From Rotaria socialis (lineage: Eukaryota): a stretch of 64,000 nt of DNA. The stretch is from contig CAJNYD010000555.1 in the NCBI GenBank assembly GCA_905331295.1, positions 1-64,000 on the forward strand. The letters are read 5' to 3'. The notes beneath the pieces are model-generated. The model did no database searches and was not told where the DNA came from. It was given only the letters and a program-made list of their open reading frames with translations. The position numbers and the translations under genes were made by a program. This document shows, piece after piece, positions 27,741 to 41,506 of the stretch; position 1 is the first letter of the stretch; each line of letters opens with the position of its first letter.

Positions 27741-30700
27741 ATGTCAAATCCAACATTACTTGACCTACCACTCGAGCTATTTCATGGTATTTTTGAACAT
27801 CTTGACACAGAAACCATAGCTATATCTGTTCGATGCGTGTGCAAAAAACTCTTCAATATCGCTAATAATTATGACAAATTTAAGCTTAGTCTTGCACGGA
27901 TATATGGATCCGATTTGGTATCTATTTCTCGGATTGTTGAACCCGTGAATTTCGTTTCGTTGGCGATATATGTATACAGCGACTATCATCAGTACGGCAA
28001 AATCAATCTGTTCTTGTCTCTCTTTAAATTGAATTCATTTACTCAACTGCGATCGTTATATTTTTATTCTACTAGTGGCGACACAGTGGAACTATTTCTG
28101 CAACAGGTGCCGTTAGGAAACTTAGGTTTACTTTCAATTATTAATACAAGAGACGGCATACTTGGGAGGGCGATCAAACAAACGTTGCAATCCGTCGTTC
28201 AGTTCAATATTCCAAAGCTCCAAATATACGAACCTAAGTGTCTTGAAAGAATAAATTGGCCAGCTCAATGTCCATTAGAATATCTAATGCTGGCTGATTG
28301 CTCTTTTAGTCAATACCGCAGTGTTCTCTCTGAATTATCTAATTTAAGAATGCTGATTGTCGACAACATCAAGATGACTGATAAAGATCTAAAAACTCAG
28401 GAAGAATTTTCCATTTCACAAAATGCCGCCAAAACACAAGGTAAGCCTATGAATTAAATTAGTAACGTACACAGTCGTTGAACTTCAGTAGAAAAAATAT
28501 GTACGTTTTTACTTGTTTCTCTTACTCGTTGAGAATCATGTTTATGAACTGAAATTTTCACTAATAGATTGTCAACATTTAACATCGTTGTCGATTGTTA
28601 AATTTGACGGAACGATGGAAGATATCGAATTGATTCTCTCATTAACACCATCGCTGACTCGTCTTAGATTAATATCATGTCGAAAGAAATTCGATTCGAC
28701 ATTTGATGGCTCGACCTGGGAACGAACCATCGGAAGCAAGCTTCCTCTATTGAAAAACTTCGAACTCTTCCTCAGTCATGAATTCTGGCGAGACGTAAAG
28801 TTTCCTCTTCTCTGCGAAATAATTGCACCATTCCAAAGTACATTCTGGCTCAATCAAAAGCACTGTAATTTCAGTGCAGATTATGACTTGTGGAATCCGA
28901 TAATACGGCTCTATACGACTCCTATCTGCGCAACGAATGATCAACATTATTATTCTAGCGGGTATTTTAAATGTGTCTTATCGTCAAAAGAAAGTAGATA
29001 TTCAATTACTCAGAACCAAGGATGCAGTGTTCATTTCTCCGATTACTCAAAGGTATATTGAAATAAGTCCATATGTATTGCAATTATTTTAGCTATATTC
29101 AAACTAAAAGTCATAATTGAAAACATGAATTGTATACTGCAAGAGTTAAGCAAAACGATCATTCACTATGATATGTTATTTTCATTTGCTATGCTGTCTT
29201 TATATCATTTTTCCTCACACAGACTTGCAACACGCTCGAGTTGTCGTACAAATATATCGGAAACAATGGAATTTATCATTTGTCTCAGGCCCTACGCACG
29301 GACAAAGTGAATAATATTTTATAATGATAAATCCATAAATATCTAGACTGCTCTTGTACAGACAATCACCACACTCAGTATTAAAGAAATTAAAGTTGGA
29401 TCAAACGAAATGAAACATCTATATAGTGCATTAGAAAAAAATACAGTAAACACTTTTGTCGTATAAGCTAGCCTTGTATTTTTTTAATGTGATTGTTTTA
29501 ATAGACCATCGAAGATTTAGCTCTCAGAGACATTAAATTGGACAATAATGGACTCAAAAGCTTAGCTCATGCGCTGTCTGTTAACAAGGTGATCTATTTA
29601 TTCAATTGCATATTATTTTTTAAGATTTATTCTCACTTCATCACAGACTATTATAAAATTAAACATTTCAAGCAATCGATTCGGCGACGATGGAATGAAA
29701 CATTTAGCGGAAGCATTACATAATAATACAGTCACATACAAAATTTAAAAAATCTCTTTTATTCGTAATCGTTTTCTTTTACAGACTATGACAATGTTAA
29801 ATATCTCCTATAACAATGTGGGAGACGACGGAGCGCGAGATTTGGCTAACGCGTTGTATAATAATAAAGTCGGTTGTTTTGAAACCAATTACACATATAA
29901 TGCAGTTTGATGTTCAATATAGACGCTTACAAATCTCAATCTTTCGGGAAATGACATAACAAATATCGGGGTTGAACATCTATTCGTTGCACTACAAGAT
30001 AATTCAGTAATCTAACCTGTAATATAATTCAATCTCTTAAAAAGATTCCTTTCTCTTGAAGACACTCAAAGTTCTAGAACTTAGATCGTGTAAAACCGGA
30101 CATAAAGGTGCTATGCATCTGGCTTGTCTTCTACGTACAAATCAGGTGAATTAAGTACTATCTCTCTCGTTCTTCTTGTTATGTATCTTGATTTACACAG
30201 ACGTTGACACACTTGGATTTGAAATATTGTAACATTGAAAACCAAGGAGTAAAGGAATTGACGGACGCATTACGAACAAATAAAGTAATCTTGCATTCAT
30301 TGTATTGAGTTACCCTAAATATCGTTATTGTTCTGTACGTAGTCACTTACAACGCTCTTTCTTTCTCATAACAAAATTGATGCTGAAGGTGTGGAATATT
30401 TGATTGAAGCATTAGAAGACAATAAAGTGAACTAATTTCTGTTGTTAAAACTCTAATACAGATGTTATTTGTTTGCAGACACTTTTACAAATTCGTGATA
30501 TTTCTGCCAGCAACGATAATCAAAATTTGGTTAGTGTTAATGTGGCAATTCAAATGCGTAACAACAAAGTAATTGTAAATTTACTTTATTCAAAATTAGG
30601 GGGCAAACGACTTGAAAAAAACATAAATATCTATGCGACAAATAAAGGACCGTCCTATTTTATCGCATTTCAGTTCTCTAGTAGCATTCGGCGACCAGTA

Positions 30701-33700
30701 TTTGCCATTTTCATATTAAATTTATTTTCTTAGGAACTGAATACAGCATCGTTTTGCTTAAAGAACATAACAAGCAAAAGCAGAGAGTTTCTGATCAATA
30801 CATTTCAAAATCATGAAGTAAAAATAATATTATTCAATGACTTTTGTGATACATATTTTGATTGTTCTATTTAGACATTGACTAGACTGGATCTCGCACA
30901 GGATAACGCTGATGATGAAGCAGTAAAATATCTAGCCGATGCATTAAAAAATAATACAGTGATAATTCTATTATTTGCTCGAGTTTCTCATACTAATTTT
31001 GACTGTTTTATATAGAGAATCACTGTGCTAAATCTTGCGTCTAATACCTTAAAACACGAAGGAGCGAAATATTTAGCCGATCTATGCAAGAATAATACAG
31101 TGACGATTACATAATGTTGCTCGAATATTTCATACTGATGTTGATTATTTCATATAGACACTCACTGCGCTATATCTGCAGAAGAATTCTTTAGGTGATG
31201 AAGGAGTAAAATATCTAGCCGATGCTTTAAATAATAATACAGTAAGAATTACATTATCTACTCGTATGCTTCATGCTGGTGTTGACTATTTCATATAGAC
31301 ACTCACTGAACTGAATCTTGAGCAAAATTCTATCAAACACGAAGGAACAAAATATCTAGCCGATGCACTAAAGAACAATAAAGTGAACATTATTATTATT
31401 ATTTACTTCAATGTCTCATAGTGTTGTGGTTTATTTATAGGCCCTCACTGCGCTATATCTAGCGAATAATTCTTTAGGAGATGAAGGAACAAAATTTCTA
31501 GCCGATGCTTTACAAAATCATCCTGTGAGTGCGACCTTATTCGTATAAATACTGAATCGATATTATTATTTTCATCTAGAAACTCGAAATAGTTGATCTA
31601 GGAAATAATAAAATCACATTCATTGGAGCAGACTGTATGTTTATAGCATTGCAGAATAACACTGTGAATTAATTTTTATGGTTAACTAACTTATTATGAC
31701 GCTATAATTTATTACACACAGACACTTACAACACTTATTTTAAAAAATAACTCAGGCATAGATTGTGAAGCTATTTCTCATGCGATCAGTCTGAAGAATA
31801 ACCAGGTTATTATCGATATATTTTACTCTTTATTTTCGTTGAATTGATTTTTTTCGCTATAGACACTATCTGAATTCAAATTTTCTTGGGAAAAGGCAGG
31901 AGGCCCAGGTGCAAAATATATAAGTGATATGATCAAAAATAACACGGTAATCCTACGATTCTTTGTCGAATTATATGATGCTATTGTGTATTTATTCGAA
32001 TTAGGTCATAAAAACATTGAAAATTTCGTACGATCAGGTCGAACTTGGTGTAGTACAATACTTCTTAGACGCACTGAAGTGTAACAAAGTGAAATCATAC
32101 TATTCTAATCACTATTCATATGCTTCTTTATTCTTTTTGTCTGCCCCTTACAGACAGTTACATCTTTTGATATGTCGTTTCAACCCATGCAAGACAACGA
32201 TTGGACATGTTTTGCTGATTTCTTAAGAACAAATGAGGTAAGATTTCGATTCAGCACAGTTCTTATCTCTTCCATTCTTTTCTTCAAAAACAAAAAAGAC
32301 ACTCACGTCATTAACACTTGCCGTTCACGCTTTAAAGGAAAGAGAAGCTCAATATTTAGCTGATGCACTATCACAAAATAAAGTAACAGTGAAATGTTTT
32401 CATTTCTCATTAAAAGTTGTATTTCATTACGCAGGCACTCACTACGTTAAATCCCTTGGGGGAGGGTACTAGAACTACATTAAAAAAATATTTTGGATGC
32501 ATGTTTAAAAACAATTTGGTAAGTCATTCTTCTCAGTTCTTGAACTTCAATAGAATGTAACAAAAGTCATAGACTACATTCAAAACTACTAGCATCCATG
32601 ATGGTAAATAAGTATTCTTTTATTTTTTTTGGTATAGACACTAACTCAAATTATTTTACAGCACCGTTCGATTGACGCTAATGATGCCAAGAATCTCGTA
32701 GACGGACTAACAAATAACAAAGTGATCAATTTCCTTTTGGACTATAATAACTTCAAAACGATGTTCATTTTATGTACTGTTAGATTGTCACTGAACTACG
32801 ATTAAATAACAATGATTTAGGATCAGCAGGGGCGAAACATTTGGCTGATCTATTAAAGAATAATCAAGTACTAGGATTTTATCTAAAATGCTGCGTGAAT
32901 TTACACTTTGCGCATAGACACTGATCTGCTTGGATCTTTCAACAAACTATATCAAAGACGAAGGAGCAGTACATTTGGCTGATGCATTACAATACAACAA
33001 AGTATAGATCAATTTTCTCACTTTCCTTCACTCATCATATCGCTTTTCAACAGGTATTGAAAGAGATGAATCTTTCAGAAAACCGTATCAAAGATCATGG
33101 ATTAAAGTCTCTGGCTAATTCATTGAAAATAAACACGGACACAGTAAATAATCTATCATTATTTTGAGAGTACAGTGTCTGATATTCTATTTCTGCTAAA
33201 CAGTTTTTAGCTGAAGGAAGAGAGGAAAACGAAGCTCTGCAGTGCGCAAAGTCTCCTTTCCTCTCGTGTAATTATTTTAATGTTTTTGCGTAGGGTGTAA
33301 CAACGCTCAAACTGGGAAGAAACCTTTTTGGAGACGAAGGAGTACAAGCTATGGCAGATATGCTGAAAACCAACAATGTACTGTCTTGTACGCGTTCATT
33401 CTATGTATATTTTGAGATTCTCATGTAGACACTAATCTCGTTGGATTTCCACAAGAATAATGTTGGAAATGAAGGAATAATCGCCGTGGCTCATGCATTA
33501 AAAATCAATCAAGTCTGCATTAATACATATTTTACTAATATAAAAAGTTATATTATTCTACATAGAAACTTGTCGAACTTGATTTAGATTGTCTCAATTT
33601 CCATGAACGAGCTTCGCAGCAGCTTTTTGATGCCTTAGCACTGAACAAAGTAATTATATCCGATGAAACTATTTAAATTATGTTGCACCCTCGCTTATAT

Positions 33701-33816
33701 AGACACTTAAACTATTAAGAGCGCATAGGCCTGATCCTGCGTTTGACATGTATCCTGAAACGAAAGATTTGCAGCTGATAAATTGTTCCAATCGGGATAT
33801 TAGAGTCCAATATTAA
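27741..33816 (+). CDS. F-box protein with 30 RNI/NLRC3-type 28-residue LRR exons
   Basis: N-terminal F-box TLLDLPLELFHGIFEHLD...VRCVCKKL. Large exons 27741-28440 and 28568-29052 are followed by 30 phase-0 exons from 29223 to 33649, each one repeat of the type TLTxLxLxxNxIGDEGxKYLADALxNNx. Terminal exon 33703-33816 ends in TAA. I found no in-frame stops. Confidence 0.9.
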
Positions 33817-34406
33817 TCCTTACAATTCAACGATCATTTTGAACAAAGACTAACCACGAGGAACTAAATAAAATTCTTTGAAATACATATAATTATCATT
33901 AAATTAATTATGATAGACTTCAGCTTGCTGTGACTAATATGATGAGATGAGAAGATGCTTGCTAAACTGGACTATCAATTTTGGAAAAATACTGTTTGCT
34001 ATAGATCTATTCCGATGAAGTTTCTGGCAACCCCTTGATAAAGACGACAGGAAGATTTGAACTGTAATAGGTCTTTTCCCGATGACCTAAATTCCAGATA
34101 AGCGTTACCGACAAAGATATCGCTCTGAGCAGAATGGAATAAACGTGATTATTTCGTTTATTGAATCAATGGAAAACAGATCAATCTATCATGTAACAAA
34201 AATGCAAATCAATCTGCTAATCTCAACTCTTGCTTTTCAGCAATCGATCACAGTCGAAAATAATATATTAATGTGCTTGAATTAAAGTTGTGGATGCGCC
34301 AAATCCGAATCCAGTCAAACTCAAATTCAATGCTTTGTTTGATGGTGTACCCCTAAATTAAATTAATTGTCAAAGAAATCTAGAGTTTAACTACGTCAAA
34401 AGCGTT

Positions 34407-34479
34407 TCTTGAGTGTGTGGGTGTGAATGTAGGTATAGACTGAATTAAAAATACCACACCCACACCCACACCCTCAAGA
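34407..34479. repeat. Hairpin with TGTGGG/CCCACA arms
   Basis: 34407-34436 tcttgagtgtgtgggtgtgaatgtaggtat pairs with 34451-34479 ataccacacccacacccacaccctcaaga. Confidence 0.7.
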
Positions 34480-34691
34480 TATTTAGTGAGAAGTGAATTT
34501 GTTGTGCAATTTTGAATTTTGGAATCGAGTCATTGTCGTGAAAGACCGTATTTATTATTCGTATGCATCTCAAGCGATAAAATCAAAATTCAAAAATCAA
34601 TCGTATAATTTTCGTGTCTGTCTATTTTGTTTTCCGAAGGTCAATAGATGGTGAAACGGTGCATATAGTTAAAGTCTTTAGTTTCAAGAAA

Positions 34692-36060
34692 TTACGACAG
34701 AGTAATATTTGCAGACACGACAGAACCTGTTGAGCCTGATTTCAACCAACAACTCACGATATAGATTTCTCCAGATGTAGCCATAAATTGTTGACTAAAC
34801 TGATCGGCACATCCATTACTTCCATCATAAGCAGAATAATTTTCACTATGATACAAAAAATTACACACTTCAGATGGTGCTCCTCCGCAAGCTCCATTCG
34901 ATGTTGTTCGAATCCAATGCGAAAGGTTACTTGTCTCAAAATCAGTATTAGTTAGCATTTGCACAGCTCCAGCATATACTAAGACATCATCAAGATACGA
35001 GTAGTCTGGATCATGAAGCAAATCAAAGGCAAAAGAAGCCAAACCCGTAGTAGGTGATGTCTATTCGTATGCAAAACATCTGTTTGCAATTGTACTGCTA
35101 GATGCTGCTATATAAAGACTACTTGCAGAAACAGCAGAACTAGGAACGCATGGTGGAGCTGGTGTTGTAATTGTGGAAGTAGTTGTGGTTGATGTTGATG
35201 TTGCTGTTGTTGAAGTTCTTGTTGTTACTGTTGATGTTAGTTTATTTGTGAGAAGAAAAACGACGAGAGCAGTAATACCTATCAGAAGTAATAAAATACC
35301 AATAAATGTTGAAATACAACAACATATGAAACATTCTGGATAGATTTTACCAATATAATGACGAGTTATTTTGTAGATATTATTTTTTTTCATTATGTTG
35401 CACTATTTTCTTTAATTTGTTTCCAGTAACGTCCACTGAATATCGGAGAATTCTTTCTTTTGACTCTTGTTCTTGATAATCTCCTCTTCATTTTACTCTT
35501 GATAAATTACTTGAAGCGCCATCATAGTTCATTACACCTGTTAACATTTTTTTGGATGATGATGTCTACGGCGGTAATGAAATAATGAGAGAAATGAATA
35601 AAAAACCAAGAAAAATAATTACTTTCGAAGTCACATTAGATTTATTGTCAGTCGATCTCCTTGTTTTAGTACGAGTAATATCTATACTATTTAATGATGA
35701 AGTTTCACGCATTTTGGTGACTACTGGATGCATAGAAGTTGATGAGAACGTTTTTGATTTATATTGACCTGATGGACCATTCGCTTCTTCTAAGTTTAGA
35801 TAATTAGGCATCGTCTAAAAAAATAGCTGAAAGGAAATTTTTGCAGTCAGATGCAAAAAACAGACTTTCGCTTTGAGCATTAAAAAATCTCGAGAAAACA
35901 AATTTTTAAAGGAACACAACTTTATATAAGGTCATGTATGTTTACCTGTTTTTCTTCGTCACTTCTATCTTCGTTGTAGTGTGCTGAGTGAATAATATCA
36001 TTTCTATTGAGTGAATGTCGACTGTCAGGAGCTACTTTGATTATGGGCACGTTGAAGTAA
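34692..36060 (-). pseudogene. Stalked CBM-like family, copy D (pseudogene)
   Basis: TM (CCCISTFIGILLLLIGITALVVFLL), Thr stalk and head lie in one exon. TAG at 35061-35063 replaces a conserved Trp, there is a further stop after SSNLSRVK, and conserved Cys/Trp residues are lost. Upstream exons are homologous to copies F and G. Confidence 0.8.
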
Positions 36061-39000
36061 TAATAACAATAAACTGAGATTTCCTATATAGAATAATTTA
36101 TCCGATGTCGTCGTTTTTTGTATGAATACGGGAATTAATATGTTCTTGTGAAATTGCAATTACAGTTACTCTAGTTTTCTGTTTGGCTTTTGGCATCATC
36201 TCTACTCATGTAACATTTAATAATGATGTAATGATTTTAAAAACTAATAGCGACAAGTATTTTCAAATAGAATTTTATTGGTAATGCAGTATGTGTAATA
36301 TTTGAATTCAAATAGAAAAATAATTTTGATGGCTTCCTTTGCGAAAGAAAGACTCTCTATTCTATCCTATGCACAGAAGTCGGATAGCAACTCTTTTCAC
36401 AATGTTTTGATACAAAGCTAGTTAAACTAGTTATCATGTAAGAAAATATGAAGCAACTCAATCAAAAAATTTAACAAGATAATTTGTGTGTAGCTCGTTA
36501 AGCTGTTGGAACCAAATTGAAAATTTTGACTGTACATTATTTTGGTTGTAAATGAGAAGTTTAAGTTAAATTAGCAGAAGATGATATAGAACTTAATGAA
36601 GAGAAACTTTAAATATTTAACTATTTTAAAACGTTTTTTTTTGGCCTGACGACTGCACTCTAGCCTGAAAACTTGGCTATGCTGCTAGTCACAAAATCAA
36701 TATATTCAGGATATAAATCTGAGTATGAAACATTCATCATATAATGAACTTTTTAAATACAAACATAGAAAAATTTTGATTAAATATATAGATACTACGC
36801 TGTTTTCGACAATATCTTACTGGTTAACAAATTTCAGCTAGGAAACATTAATTGTTCCATAAGTGAAGTGTTTTCTATTACCTAATGAATTAACTCTGAA
36901 TCTATATACAAAAACAAATAGCTAGTTTAGAAAGAATAATTTGATATCCAACCTCGATTCCAAGCTGAATTAGAATTAAGTCAACGGAGAAACTAATTCA
37001 GATTCATGGGAGTGCTCGATAAATTTTTGTGTATGTATACTTTGCGATTACACTGACGAATACTCATTTGTATTTCTCGTGGAGGATTTATTCACTAGGG
37101 AAAGCATGAGTACTCAATACGGTACTGATACTTGTTTCTTCACAAATCATTTAACAAAACACTTATGTATTAGAATGTAAAAAAGCAATGATATACTCAA
37201 GTCGAGCGTAGAGAGAATGTGTTTTAATATCATATCCATTTTTTCCTCTATTTTATTTTAATGAGTTATTCAGTACTATTTTAAATAATGATGACATTAA
37301 GAAAGGAAAAAGGACCTTTCATTTCGGCTGTTTTCCTGTACGCTCTGGTTGCATATTTGTATAAATGAAAACTCTTGCTAATTTCATTTTCTAAAATTTA
37401 AATCAAGCTTTTTATTACTTTAAATTATAGTTTTCAGTTTGACTGTGAAAAGTAATGAAACATAGCCATTAGTCTAAAAATTTGTTTTTCCTGTAATAAT
37501 CACCACTGCATCTGTTCAACAAAATACTTCTCCATTTCACTGAATAATTCATCAACTACTGATGAAAATCGATTGCTCACGAAAATTGACTCCAATTGAT
37601 TAATGGAAAAACATTGATTACGAAGTAGGTGCGTAAGAAAGTCAATTTTAATCTTAAAATTAGTCTAAAAAACAATTGCTAGATTTTTATCGGCTATTGG
37701 AGCTAAAAATCGATGAGAATCGTATAGGTGTTGGTTTTCAGACTGATATTTTTTGACATAAGGTAGCAATAATACATTCCTAAGATAAAATGATTCAAAG
37801 TAGAACGAAATGGTTCGTTCAACATTTCTGTTCTCTTTTATTTTAGTGTTCGTTATTACATGATTTAATGATTGAGAAAGAAGAAATTACTCTAAAAAAA
37901 TCTGTTTTCTAGAAAACCCAAGCCAGTTTCGGAAGCCATAACACAGTTTGCGAGTGAAATTCGGAAAACTTGAACAATTTTTAAAAATATCTTTTTGGTT
38001 TCCGGAGCCTCTATTCGGAAACTAAAGAGTATACTTGAGCATCAAAGTCAGTTTTTGAGTGCATTTTGATTTTGTGAGAGGTTTCGAAAGTTTTAAGAAT
38101 CTTCAGAATGGTTCACTAAATCACCCAGAGTCGAATTTAACTAATCCCTAAGAAACAATTTTAGGCGTTGGAATTTTCGTTTTTTGATCGCTGATTTCAC
38201 ACATTTTAGATTTTTTTTATTCTATAAAAACTGTTTATTTACTTCTGATAATTTGTTTGATTGTGGACCATTCTTTTATTTATCTTGCTTTTAAATATTT
38301 AGCTCATGTGAAATATTAGAAGATGATTTTGTGTGAATTTGATATCAATAGTTCAAAGTAATTCATCACTTTTTTATGTTTAGATCGTTATGAGTCAATG
38401 ATTCTGGGGATCATTTTTTGTTGATGTGGTGTAGTGCAATTTCGTTATTGTTTTTCTCTATCACTGTGCTTTCGTCTCATCTACTTGTATTCTTGCGTTC
38501 TGTGTTTAATCCTTTCGTTCTATGGATTATTCTATTGAGTCTATACATATATATATTTTTTTTTTCATATACAAGTAGTCAGTTACTACTTTCCAATTAT
38601 TCGTTCCATTCGTTTGTTTCTTTGTCTTGTTACAGTAGTGACGGTTCTGTTGGTCAAATACAACATCGATAGTGACCTTGAATTCACAAGCATCTATACG
38701 CATTTCGTAATACGTGACAAGTTGGAAAAAACTTATCCGTCATCTCAAGTATTTTTATCTCAACGATTCTGTTATGATAGTCGTAAGGCTCAGTTCGAGA
38801 CTAAAATTTGTAAGTGCTATAGTATGAGTGTCGGCCAAACAATGATCTCGTCTAAATGATTTCATCGTTGAAGTCAGTAAAAGATAATTCAACTCTAATT
38901 TAGTTTAAAATTTGTGTGGACATCGGATGGAACGTTTGTTCCATGTGAGAAAAAAGGACTGGTTATCATTTTCTCGTGATTTCCGGTTGAGAATGTCGAA

Positions 39001-41506
39001 AACGAATTCTCGTAATTAGTTTTATGTTTCCGAAATTGATTTCCGGTCGGAATTGGTATGTGCATTGATGAGTTTCCTATGATATCTTTTTTTTTTTAGA
39101 AAGTACAGTTTATTCTTTATCAAAAATATTCAACATCACGTCATCTTTCTGTAGTATATATTCCATTAGACAATCATTTTTTGAAGCTTTTACTAGTTTA
39201 ATTTAGGGGAACATTGAAATTAATCGTATTATCAAAACTGTAAAGAAAGTTTGCCGTCGCATATTTCGAACATAATATCTTGATGATTGCTGTGAAACAA
39301 AACGAAACAAAAAAGTTGAAAAACTCTTTACTTGGATCAACTACTTTTGTAAAAGTTTATAAAAATTATCATCAAGCATATGCTTTTAATAGTTTGCCAT
39401 TCTTTTTGGCGTGATTGGTTGAACATTGGTCATTTTGAAGGTAACTCATAAACACATTCAGTTGAAATCAACAGTCAAAAAAAAACAAGTTCTTCAGTGA
39501 TTGTTCGACTAAGTGGTATACCTTTAGATATATAAATATTCTATATGCTCGTGCCTAACTAGTTTAGCTTCTCAAAAATTAAGATATATTCAAAAAGCGT
39601 ACGATGTAGCCACAAAATCCGAAAAAATGTTTTTAAGACAAAAGAATGATGTTGATCACGCTGAATTGGCTGCTTTTGCTTTAAAGTACAAAAGTTAAAC
39701 AAAAGTTTCGAAATTTTATCAATACCATTATCAGATGATATTGTAAGAGGAGTCACACTTATTGGACAAACATTATCCTATACCGAAACGATGCAACCAT
39801 TGGCCAAATTAAATCTTTCTCTATGCGCACTCGAAAATGATTTCATCCTAGATCAATTACATATTTTCAATCATGACAAAGATAGAATTGCAATGAATAG
39901 TTGTGTAAGTGCAGTCTTTGATGGACAAACAGTTACAAGATCAACTTAGCACGGTCTCAAAATTATTGAAAACAAAACGTTGTTGATTTGTGTTGGTTCA
40001 ATTGGCGCAAAGTGGTTAAATATTTTATTACACTGATATGAAAATTGAATAGCAGACTGCTTTAATCCATGGTATTTTTAACTGCGTGGAACCTACAACA
40101 CTGCTGATGGTAAGCATAGTTGCCAATCGATCTTCAGATATTGAAGAAAAAATTTTGGTTTTTCTCTGATTTATAGAATTTTCTGAGCACGTCAAAATAA
40201 TTTAACAATAAGTGGCTACTGCATATACTTATATTACACATCTTTATTTCACTATATCAACTACGTGGTGCAGTTTTATAAACTTAATTGAAGATATTTT
40301 ACCGCTTTGAAAGCTCAGTCTTCAATAATAGATAACATGCTGTACAAGCAGGCAAGGTCCAGCTGTCTATCTCGATGAACCTTTTTCTCTGTTAATGTAT
40401 TGATAACTGAGAATGTTTTTCGTTTTTGCTATTTCATTACAAAAATAGTAAATTAAAATATCAATGATTTGATGGATGCTGTAAATATACGTGAAAGTGA
40501 TATTGAAACATAAGAAACAGAAGCATAATAAATGATATTGTGCTGTTGAAAAAACACATCAGCTATTTAAGTATTGCTCTTCTTAAGATTCTGATAATGA
40601 CTGAGTTCATTTAAGAAATGCTCTAACTAATTACCACTGCCTATTATTGACTGAGCTTCTATTAAAGATATTGATAAAAAATACATAAAAAATTGTGTTA
40701 ACATAATATGAATTTTTCAATACACAACAGTCAAAGTATTTTAAAGTTGTTCTTCACTGCAAACATACGTATTAACCAGTATTCTGTATAAGCAAAAGTA
40801 TTACTTTAATGGTTTATACTATAGCTGAGGCTGTATACATATAATATTACCGGTAATGCACTCCACATAAAAATTCATCATTATACTTTAGAAAATTTTC
40901 TACGTAAAATTTTTGACCGGGTATATATTTTGCAGTTTCTTAATTCTTCATAATGTATAATTGTGTTGAAAAATATCTCCGATTCTTCGTGATTTTTCGA
41001 ACATTGAATGCATAATGTGAAATGTGTGATGAATTAATATGTTTGCATAAACAATTTCTTAACCACACCCTCAATAATGCATCTACATTCGTATGGTGTT
41101 TCACATACATATTTGCTCAATACTCTATAATTTATCCATTGATATATAGTACTTGATTTCAATGATAGGATTCCATATACTGCTCAGTGTCTATACGTAA
41201 TCTCACACATTTGTGAGCAATTACATACATTTCTATATACATCTGCTTTCAGTCTCTATGAGAAAGAACTCCTAAATCATTTTACACGATACCCTGACAA
41301 ATTGCAAAGGCGCAGACGAGCAATTCAAATTTTTTTGGTTAGACCATTAGTTTTTCTTGATAAATTTTATTATTCAAACCTGTATCATAAGACAGAAAAG
41401 AAAAAAGGGGTCAGAAAAAGAAGTATTGTTTGTTTTTGTCATATTTTCGTTGATGTATTTAAGCAACACAACAGTATAGATGAGTCAGATCTTGTGTTAC
41501 AGTCGA

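Noticed and set aside
29223..33649. CRISPR-like ~140-bp periodicity
   Set aside because: The period is an 84-nt coding exon plus a GT-AG intron. There are no identical direct repeats and no cas genes.
35061..35063. A-to-I editing rescue of TAG/TGA back to Trp in copies D and A
   Set aside because: Both copies carry additional stops or frameshifts and have lost conserved residues, consistent with ordinary decay.
37050..37120. Hammerhead-ribozyme-like ctgacga plus stem
   Set aside because: No GAAA core follows the stem and no closing helices are identifiable.
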